This document shows positions 20,205 to 27,954 of a stretch of DNA of 64,000 nucleotides, piece after piece (the stretch's first letter is position 1; the number at the start of each line of letters is the position of its first letter). Source of the stretch: Candidatus Krumholzibacteriia bacterium (lineage in GTDB: Bacteria; Krumholzibacteriota; Krumholzibacteriia; Krumholzibacteriales; Krumholzibacteriaceae); the NCBI GenBank assembly GCA_963836185.1, contig CAWIIQ010000001.1, positions 2,144,001-2,208,000 of the forward strand, read 5' to 3'. The notes under the pieces are model-generated. The model searched no databases. It saw only the letters and a program-made list of their open reading frames with translations, and had not been told where the DNA came from. A program made the position numbers and the translations under genes.

Positions 20205-21125
20205 TCATATAAATCTACACGAGTCGCAGCTCTGTGTCAAGCCTCTGACGGGCCGCATCAGGGCCGAGATGAACTCGGAATGATCGAACGGTTCGAGGTC
20301 GTCGGCGCTCTCGCCGACCCCGACGAAGAGCACGGGGACGCCGAGCTTCTGCTGTATGGGGATAACGGCACCGCCCTTGGCCGTGCTGTCGAGCTTGGTG
20401 AGGACTATGCCTGTCACGGGCAGCCCGTTAGTGAAGGCCTCTGCCTGCCGAAGCGAGTTCTGCCCCGAGTTGGCGTCGATGACGAGCCATGCCTCGAGAG
20501 CTATTCCATCCATCCTGTCCCGCAGGACCCTGAAAATCTTGCCAAGTTCCTCCATCAGGTTGACCTTTGTGTGCAGCCGCCCTGCGGTATCGACGATGAC
20601 GATGTCTATTCCCTTCGCTTTGGCAGACTGCACGGCGTCGAAAGCGACCGCCGCAGGATCGGAGCCCATATTCTGCCTGACGACCGGCGTTCCTGTCCTC
20701 TTGCCCCACAGTTCGAGCTGGTCTATCGCCGCCGCGCGGAAGGTGTCGCACGCGGCGAGCATCACGCTCTTTCCCTCTTCCTTGAACCTCGCTGCCAGCT
20801 TGCCGATCGTCGAGGTCTTGCCGACGCCGTTAACGCCGACGATCACAATCACCCTCGGGCTCCCCTCGGGAAGGGGAGGCGCTGGGATCTCGTCGATTAT
20901 CGAGAGGAGCTCATCGGCCACCGCCTGCATGTGGTCACCCGCTCCGCGCAAGCGGATGCTCTCGACGATCCGCTCGGTCGCCTCCACGCCGAGATCGGCG
21001 GAATAGAGGATCGACTCCGCCTCCTCGATAGCTTCGTCGTCCAGCTCGCCGGATGACAGGGCTTCACGCAGAGGGCGCAGAAAACGCTCCCTGGTCTTCC
21101 TCAATCCCTGGAAGATGCGTTTCAT
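20205..21125 (-). CDS. ftsY: SRP receptor FtsY
   Basis: GVNGVGKTSTIGK, DTFRAAA, DTAGR, TKLDSTAKGG. Confidence 0.96.
   Translation of the reverse strand: MKRIFQGLRKTRERFLRPLREALSSGELDDEAIEEAESILYSADLGVEATERIVESIRLRGAGDHMQAVADELLSIIDEIPAPPLPEGSPRVIVIVGVNGVGKTSTIGKLAARFKEEGKSVMLAACDTFRAAAIDQLELWGKRTGTPVVRQNMGSDPAAVAFDAVQSAKAKGIDIVIVDTAGRLHTKVNLMEELGKIFRVLRDRMDGIALEAWLVIDANSGQNSLRQAEAFTNGLPVTGIVLTKLDSTAKGGAVIPIQQKLGVPVLFVGVGESADDLEPFDHSEFISALMRPVRGLTQSCDSCRFI
20212..20240 (-). promoter_or_regulatory. sigma70 promoter of the rib operon, inside the ftsY 3' end
   Basis: TTGACA-N17-TAGATT immediately upstream of the riboswitch. Confidence 0.75.
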
Positions 21126-21140
21126 CGACCGTTGATTCTC

Positions 21141-24100
21141 CTAGTTGGACGATACCGGAGCCGCCTCGGGCTCCTTCTTCTTCGGGGCCGGCTGCCGCCT
21201 GGCGAGCAGGTCCTCGATCTCGGTGAGGTCGACCGAGACCAGCCTGGAAACACCCTTCTCCTCCATCGTCACCCCGAAGAGCTGGTCCGCGGCCGCCATC
21301 GTCCGCTTGTTGTGAGTGATGATGATGAACTGCGTCTCCACGGAGAACTTCTTCAGCATCTTTACGAACCTCTGGATGTTCGCGTCGTCGAGAGGCGCGT
21401 CGACTTCGTCGAAGATGCAGAAGGGGCTCGGCTTTGCCTTGTAGAGAGCGAACAGGAGGGCGAGCGCGGTAAGGGCACGTTCACCGCCCGAGAGGAGCGA
21501 GATGTCCTGTATACGCTTGCCCTTGGGCCTGGCCCTGATGATGATATCCGCCTCGAGAGGATCGCTTCCCTCTCCGAGATGAAGATCGGCCTCGCCGCCC
21601 TCGAAGAGCACTGTGAATATCTCTGAGAAATGACCCTTCACCGCGGTGAAGGTATCGAGGAACATCTTTCTCGCGCGCCTGTTTATCTTTTTTATCGCTT
21701 CGTCCAGTTCCTCCCTCGCCTTGACAAGGTCATCCTTCTGGGTAGTGAGGAACTCGAAGCGCTGGTTCTTTTCTTCATACTCCTCGACGGCGGCCAGGTT
21801 GACCGGCCCGAGGCTCTCGAGTTTGCGTTTCTCCCCGTCGAGCATCTCCTTCGTTATCATCTTCTCTTCCTCGGTCAGAGGGATCTCGACTCCCTCGAGG
21901 TAGCCGCCGAGTTCCTCCTCGTACAGCTCCCTCCCGCGATCGACGAGGTCGTTCATACGGGTCTCGACCGATGACAGGCTTACACGCAGGTCGTTTATCT
22001 TCTCGAAGATCGATTCGCGCTCAGCCTTGCGTTCCTTCAGGGCTCCCTCGATACCGGATATAAGCTCTCGTTTCTCCTCGAGCAGGTCGTGCATCCTGCC
22101 GAGTTCCTCCTCACAGGCGGTCTCCTCATCGAGGAAAGTCTTTACCCCCGCCCGTTCTTCCCCTATCGAGCGCTCGAGCCTCGCCGTCTCTTCCTTCGCC
22201 GAGCTGATCTCGACACTTCTCTGCTCGATGATCGCCCGGAACTGTTTCTCCATCTCGCCATGGCCCCGAAGCTCCTCGTTCTGCCTGTCGAGAGTTCCCT
22301 GCAGAGAGGCGTGCCTGACCTTGCGGGAAGTGAGCTCCGCATCGAGTTCCTCCCTGTTCTTCCTGTAATCCGAAAGCTCGGATTCGAGCCTCTCGGAATC
22401 AGAAATATCGCCTGAGCTCTGCTGCATGGCGAGAGCGAGCTTCGCTTCTTCGAGCTTTGACAGCATCTCTACACGGCCGTTCTCGAGCTCGTCTAGAGAC
22501 TTCATCATCATCGAGGTCTTCTCTTTGCCCATGATGAATTCGCGCTCGACCTCCTGGAATGCTTCGCGCCTCAGTCCGAGTTCCTCTCGGCCCCGGGTGG
22601 ACAGTCTCGCGATCTCCTCGATCCTCTCCCTCAACGACTCCTTCTCGCCGCGCAGGGATCCGCCTTTCTTCTCGAGGCCGTCGATCTCCTTCTCGAACTC
22701 GTTTATCTCACCGGCAAGTCTTTCGATCTCGCCGGTCCTGCCCAGTATCGAAACTTCTTCTCCGGGCGAACCTGAGAAATAGATCCCCCTGCCTCTCGAA
22801 AAGTAGATCCCGGAAAGCGTCACCGCTCCCGCCGCGTTTCCATCACCGGACGCGATGAAAGCGAGGGCGTTCTCTATCGTATCGAAGAGGAATATCCCGT
22901 CGAGCAGCTGGTCGATCGCTCTCTTCGCACCTGATGGAGTATCGACAAAGGAAGCGAGAGCGCCCAGCATCCCGGCCGCTTCAGGCCCGTCCGCTCCTGG
23001 CGCTTTCCAGCCCGGATCGTCGGCGAGCAGCCTGGCCCCTCCGAATTTTCCCTCGGAGAGTTCCCTGGCGAGATCGACCGCTCCGCCGAGACTGTCGATC
23101 ACGACTCCGTCCATCAATCCGCCCATAACGGCTTCGAGCGCCGCGCGGTATTCCTTCTTCGTCTTTATCATATCGGCAAGGGGGCCCCTGACCCTGGAGT
23201 CGCCCTTCTTGAGAACGTGCCTGGCCCCGCCCGGGAATCCTTCAAGATCTTCTTTCATCCTTATGAAGAGCTCATGCCTGCTCCTCATCGCGGCGATCGA
23301 TTCTTTCTTTTCCGCGGCTGCCGCCGCATTCGAGGCGATCTGGGTTTCGACCGTTTCGAGTCTCGCGGTCCGTTCTATGTTTTCGCTTTCGAGAGACGAG
23401 AGCACCCGTTGAGCGTCACTGAGAGCTCCCTGCCTGGCGTCGCGCTCGCCTGCAAGCTCGGCCGTCTCCGATTCGAGGGAGACGATCTGCTCGCGCATGT
23501 TCCCCGCCCTCTCATTGAGATCGGCAAGTATCTTCTCGAAGTGCTCAACCGAACTCTTGACCCGCGCCTGGTCCTGGATGAAATCGAGCTGAGTCTGCTT
23601 CAGGTCGATGAGCTCCACCTGTATCCGTTCCATCTTTATGGAGATCTCCTCGAACAGGCCGCCCAGCTTCTTGATCTCCGCCTCTTCCGAAGCCATCGAT
23701 TCACTCGTCACGGCGACCTCGGTCGCCACTCCCTCCATCCGCTCCGCGATCCTTCCGAGACGCGTCTTAGCCTCCTCGATCTCGCGGCCCGCACGGTCGA
23801 TCAGGCGTTCCGCTTCGCCCTTTCGCTCGCTGAACTGGATCGTCTTTTCCTCGGCGCCCTGGATCTTTCTCCTGACCTCGTACCGCCTGTTCTGCAGATC
23901 GGTGTTCTTCTTCTCCAGATCGATGAGCAGCAGCTTCTCTTTCTCGACCTTCTTCTCGCTTTCCTCGAGCGACACATCATCACGGTCGGTGAGCTCCCGG
24001 CTGCCGGAGAGTTCCTTCTCCGCCTCTCTCTTCTCGGCCAGAAGCCCGGAGAGGCTTCTTCGAAGATGAACGATGCCGTACTCACGGATCCTTTCGCTTA

Positions 24101-24752
24101 TCGTGCGGTAGCGCCTGGCCTTTCCAACCTGGTATTTCAGGGCCCGGACGTTCTTGCCCAGTTCCTCGAGTATGTCATCGAGCCTGAGAAGGTCGTTCTC
24201 AGTCAGCTTGAGTTTCCTCTTCGCCTCTTCGCGCCGCATCCTGTATTTGACGATACCGGCCGCTTCCTCGAACATCTCTCTTCGTTCGCCGTGCGCATCG
24301 TTGAGAACATATTCGACCATCTCCTGCTCGATGACCGAGTATGAATGGCTGCCCGTTCCCGTATCGGCGAAGAGTTCCCTGATGTCCTTGAGCCTGCAGG
24401 GTGATTTGTTGATGAAGTACTCGCTGATACCCGACCGGTAGACCTTTCGCGTTATCGTGATCTCAGCATAATCCAGCGGGAAGGCGCCTCTCTCGTTGCT
24501 CACGGTCATATTTACGAGGGCGAAGCCGGTCGGTTTGTGGACCTCGGTGCCGTTGAAGATGACATTCTCCATCTTCGTACTTCGAAGCTGCCTCGCGCTC
24601 TGCTCACCGAGCACCCACCTGACGGCGTCGACTATATTGGTCTTCCCGCATCCGTTCGGACCGAGGATGCATGTGATGCCGTTCCTGAGATTCAGTGTGG
24701 CGGGATTCATGAATGATTTGAATCCGACTAGTTCCAGTCTGGATAGACTCAC
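21141..24752 (-). CDS. smc: Chromosome segregation protein SMC
   Basis: GFKSF, GPNGCGKTN, coiled coils with hinge, LSGGE, FDEVDAPLD; 1203 aa. Confidence 0.97.
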   Translation of the reverse strand: MSLSRLELVGFKSFMNPATLNLRNGITCILGPNGCGKTNIVDAVRWVLGEQSARQLRSTKMENVIFNGTEVHKPTGFALVNMTVSNERGAFPLDYAEITITRKVYRSGISEYFINKSPCRLKDIRELFADTGTGSHSYSVIEQEMVEYVLNDAHGERREMFEEAAGIVKYRMRREEAKRKLKLTENDLLRLDDILEELGKNVRALKYQVGKARRYRTISERIREYGIVHLRRSLSGLLAEKREAEKELSGSRELTDRDDVSLEESEKKVEKEKLLLIDLEKKNTDLQNRRYEVRRKIQGAEEKTIQFSERKGEAERLIDRAGREIEEAKTRLGRIAERMEGVATEVAVTSESMASEEAEIKKLGGLFEEISIKMERIQVELIDLKQTQLDFIQDQARVKSSVEHFEKILADLNERAGNMREQIVSLESETAELAGERDARQGALSDAQRVLSSLESENIERTARLETVETQIASNAAAAAEKKESIAAMRSRHELFIRMKEDLEGFPGGARHVLKKGDSRVRGPLADMIKTKKEYRAALEAVMGGLMDGVVIDSLGGAVDLARELSEGKFGGARLLADDPGWKAPGADGPEAAGMLGALASFVDTPSGAKRAIDQLLDGIFLFDTIENALAFIASGDGNAAGAVTLSGIYFSRGRGIYFSGSPGEEVSILGRTGEIERLAGEINEFEKEIDGLEKKGGSLRGEKESLRERIEEIARLSTRGREELGLRREAFQEVEREFIMGKEKTSMMMKSLDELENGRVEMLSKLEEAKLALAMQQSSGDISDSERLESELSDYRKNREELDAELTSRKVRHASLQGTLDRQNEELRGHGEMEKQFRAIIEQRSVEISSAKEETARLERSIGEERAGVKTFLDEETACEEELGRMHDLLEEKRELISGIEGALKERKAERESIFEKINDLRVSLSSVETRMNDLVDRGRELYEEELGGYLEGVEIPLTEEEKMITKEMLDGEKRKLESLGPVNLAAVEEYEEKNQRFEFLTTQKDDLVKAREELDEAIKKINRRARKMFLDTFTAVKGHFSEIFTVLFEGGEADLHLGEGSDPLEADIIIRARPKGKRIQDISLLSGGERALTALALLFALYKAKPSPFCIFDEVDAPLDDANIQRFVKMLKKFSVETQFIIITHNKRTMAAADQLFGVTMEEKGVSRLVSVDLTEIEDLLARRQPAPKKKEPEAAPVSSN

Positions 24753-24805
24753 CTTGCAGCACCTCCACGCTCATTGGCGTAAATCAGTTGTTATTATCCC
24801 TTGAT

Positions 24806-26290
24806 CTAATCCTTTAACGTCACGACTTTCGCGTAACCGATCTGACGAAGATCGAGAAGATCCAGCCTCGTCGCCACGGCCTCCTCCTTCGTCCGGAACT
24901 CTCCGACGTAGACCCTGTACCATTTCTGCCCGTTGACCTCAGTCTCAAGAACGATCGAGTCGTATCCGTTCTTCTCGAGATAGTCCGTCTCCGTACCGGC
25001 CCTGCTCATCTCCCTGAAAGAAGCTACATGGACCGAATAGTGCGAACCTTCCGGCGCGGGCGTGACGGTACCGGGTTTTGAGACTGGCTGAGTCACGGCG
25101 GGTTCTGTATCACCTCCGCCGGTCACGGCTTCGTCCGTCTTCTCTTCAACCGGTTTCTCGACCGTTTCCCCGGCAGGCCCGGGTTCCGTGACAGTCTCGA
25201 CACTGTCTTCTTCCGCGCCGGTGACGGCAGCGCCATCATCCTGCCCGCGGTCCTTTTTCTCCTGGACATCACGCTGCTTCTGCACGAGCTCCGCGGTCCT
25301 GCTTTCACCTTCCTTGTTGCTTATCGACTTGTGGATCTTGAACCACCAGACAAGGAATATTACGACGACGACAACAACGACCGAAGTGACGACTCTCGGA
25401 AGGCTCATCCCGCCGCCTCTATGTTTTCCGTCGCTGTCGAGGTCGGCTGTCTTTTCTATCGCGCCCGCTTCATACCGCTCCTCGCCTTTTTCCTCATCTC
25501 CGGCCCCTTCTTCCCCGGACCCGTCATCGATGCGGACAGGCGGCATGAACGACCCTTCCCCCGGGGAACCCGAGGCATCCTCTCCGAAACAGACAAGATC
25601 GGCAGGAGGAAGATCTGCGCCCAGGTCTCCGAGGTTCTTCTGAAGCTGGCCCTCGGGCATCTCCTCTAGCCTGCACGAAAGGAAAATAGCGTCTGCGAGC
25701 GACGCGAGCGGATTGACCGCCCCGTCATCGGTATAGAGAGTCGAGCAATATATGATAACGTCATGGCTGCGGCTGAGAAAATCTCTCACTTTTGTGAATT
25801 CCTTCTTCGCGAAGGGGATCGTGCGTGAGACGGGGAATGAACCGGGGCCTACCACGGTCACGCCGTCGATACCAGTCGGCCGGGCGATCGTTTTAAGCGA
25901 ACTTCCGTAGAGCAGCAGGTCCAGGAACCCCTGATCCTCCGTGTTCTCCACAAGGCCGCTGAGCCCCGGCGAGAGAAAATCGAAGTCGACGATCAGGACA
26001 TCCCTGCCGTGCTTCGCGAGGATATGAGCGATCTGCAGAACGGCGAAGTCCCTCGCCAGCCTGTTCTCCCCGACAGACATCGCCAGGATGGAACGGTTTC
26101 CTTCCTCCGTGAATCTTCCCTCGATCCTCGCACCGAGTTCTATGAACCGGTCCAGTTCACGAGCCGATGAAAAATCTCCCGATGACATGAACGCCCTGAT
26201 GCTCTCCTCGCCAAGCAGGATCGAGAACCCGCCTTCGACGTGATCGCCCTTTCGTCCTTCGTCGGGCATTCCGCGTTCTTCATCGCCCAT
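24806..26290 (-). CDS. Bitopic membrane protein: degenerate MinD/ParA/BY-kinase-like cytoplasmic domain, TM helix, acidic linker, C-terminal SPOR domain
   Basis: GRDVLIVDFD, GFLDLL; TM VVVVVVVIFLVWWF; SPOR YSVHVASF...WYRVYVGEF...EEA. Confidence 0.75.
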   Translation of the reverse strand: MGDEERGMPDEGRKGDHVEGGFSILLGEESIRAFMSSGDFSSARELDRFIELGARIEGRFTEEGNRSILAMSVGENRLARDFAVLQIAHILAKHGRDVLIVDFDFLSPGLSGLVENTEDQGFLDLLLYGSSLKTIARPTGIDGVTVVGPGSFPVSRTIPFAKKEFTKVRDFLSRSHDVIIYCSTLYTDDGAVNPLASLADAIFLSCRLEEMPEGQLQKNLGDLGADLPPADLVCFGEDASGSPGEGSFMPPVRIDDGSGEEGAGDEEKGEERYEAGAIEKTADLDSDGKHRGGGMSLPRVVTSVVVVVVVIFLVWWFKIHKSISNKEGESRTAELVQKQRDVQEKKDRGQDDGAAVTGAEEDSVETVTEPGPAGETVEKPVEEKTDEAVTGGGDTEPAVTQPVSKPGTVTPAPEGSHYSVHVASFREMSRAGTETDYLEKNGYDSIVLETEVNGQKWYRVYVGEFRTKEEAVATRLDLLDLRQIGYAKVVTLKD

Positions 26291-26295
26291 GTGGA

Positions 26296-27714
26296 TCACT
26301 CCTTCTCTTTCACATCATTCATCGCCGAAGCGAGACTTTCGATAAGCATATCTTCCTGATCGGAGGGTACCGTTCTGAGGTCCACGAATACGGAGTCACC
26401 CCGTACCCTCGCCAGCACCGGCGGATCGAGCCTTCTCAATCCGCGCTCGAGCCGCTGCGGCCCGCCGGTTGTGAGATTAATCCGCAAAAGCACCGTCCGC
26501 AAGGGATTAATAGGAAAGCTTCCCCCGCCGATCGATGATTCCCCTTCTAATACCTCGATCCCGAACCCTTCAGGCGTCATCTTTTCGAGTTTCTCCGCCG
26601 CCCGGCGCGTACGTCCCTCAAGCCCGCTCAGGTCCTCGAGTATCATCCCGAGGGCCGGGATCCGTTCTATCTCTCCGTTCCAGTAGTGGACGAGCACCTG
26701 CTCGAGCCCCGCAAGCGTCATCTTGTCGATGCGAAGCGCCCTCGACAGATGGTTACCGCGCATCCTGCCGATCATGCCCGCCTCCCCGAGGAGTATCCCC
26801 GCCTGCGGGCCGCCGAGTACCTTGTCGCCGCTGAACGAAACGATATCGACTCCCGTGTCGAGCAGGGGAAGGAGGCTCTCCTCTCCTTCGAATCCCTCAT
26901 TCTCGACGGGATAGAGGATACCGCTCCCCTGATCGTACATCACGGGGATATTTCTTTTCCGCCCCAGCTCCGCCAGGGCGGCGACCGGTACCTCGTCTGT
27001 ATATCCGACTACCTTGTAATTGCTCGTATGCACCTTGAGGAGAAGAGTGGCTCCCTCGTCTATCGCCCTCTCGTAATCCCCGAGGTTGGTCCTGTTCGTC
27101 GTCCCCACCTCGATGACCCTCCCCGCGGCCCGGGTAAGGATCTCGGGAAGCCTGAAGCTCCCTCCTATCTCGACGAGTTCTCCTCGCGAGACGGCGACCG
27201 CACCTTCACGGGCGAATGTATCGACGGCAAGAAGGACGGCGGCCGCGTTATTGTTCACGACCAGGGCCCCTTCGCACCCCGCGATCGCGCGGAGCAGGGC
27301 GGTGACCCTTCTCGAACGGCTCGCTCTCGAACCTGTCGCGACATCCATCTCCAGGTCTGTGTACCCGGAAGCGGCAGTCAGTACCGCCGATGCCGTCGCC
27401 GAATCGAGCACTGCCCTGCCGAGGTTGGTATGGAGGATGACTCCCGTCGCGTTGATCACGCGGCGCTGCCTGTCAGCGACCAGGGATCCGATCTCCTTCG
27501 CGGCCGCGGCGACGATACTCTCAAGGATAAGGCCGGCATCCTCGACAGCCTCTGCCCGGCCGCTGACGATCCCCTGCCTGTACGATTCTATCCTGTCCCT
27601 TACGATACGGGTTATGCCGCGGCGCGAGACAAAGTTGACCCGCGCGGCGATCCTCTCGTCTTCGAGAACCCGTTCGACCGAGGGTAAATTCCTCAGAGAG
27701 GCATTCCTGTCCAT
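26296..27714 (-). CDS. selA: L-seryl-tRNA(Sec) selenium transferase
   Basis: INATGVILHTNLGRA, VNNNAAAV, SRGELVEIGGSFR, EVGTTNRT, FSGDKVLGGPQAG, RALRIDK. Confidence 0.95.
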   Translation of the reverse strand: MDRNASLRNLPSVERVLEDERIAARVNFVSRRGITRIVRDRIESYRQGIVSGRAEAVEDAGLILESIVAAAAKEIGSLVADRQRRVINATGVILHTNLGRAVLDSATASAVLTAASGYTDLEMDVATGSRASRSRRVTALLRAIAGCEGALVVNNNAAAVLLAVDTFAREGAVAVSRGELVEIGGSFRLPEILTRAAGRVIEVGTTNRTNLGDYERAIDEGATLLLKVHTSNYKVVGYTDEVPVAALAELGRKRNIPVMYDQGSGILYPVENEGFEGEESLLPLLDTGVDIVSFSGDKVLGGPQAGILLGEAGMIGRMRGNHLSRALRIDKMTLAGLEQVLVHYWNGEIERIPALGMILEDLSGLEGRTRRAAEKLEKMTPEGFGIEVLEGESSIGGGSFPINPLRTVLLRINLTTGGPQRLERGLRRLDPPVLARVRGDSVFVDLRTVPSDQEDMLIESLASAMNDVKEKE

Positions 27715-27749
27715 TCCACCCCTGCCCGTTCTCCTGTTAATCCTGCCAT

Positions 27750-27778
27750 TTTCTACCATATGTTGTGGTGCCCGTCAA
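27750..27778 (-). promoter_or_regulatory. sigma70 promoter for selA-SPOR-smc-ftsY
   Basis: TTGACG-N17-TAGAAA with extended -10 TGn. Confidence 0.65.
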
Positions 27779-27799
27779 CTGTTTTAACAATATATTGTA
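27754..27799. promoter_or_regulatory. Tandem NrdR-like boxes
   Basis: TACCATATGTTGTG (27754) and AACAATATATTGTA (27786; perfect palindrome ACAATATATTGT), 32 bp apart. Confidence 0.65.
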
Positions 27800-27954
27800 A
27801 GCGGGTTTGTCGGTTTTCTTTACATCTCTTTGCAGGGGAGGTACGGGCCGTCTGGAGGACCTTCCCTGGGCGCGGCGAAATTTGCCGCTTGATGAATGAG
27901 GGGACTATCTGATACACAGCAGATGTAACGAGTTACGGACCCGGGGAGGAACTG

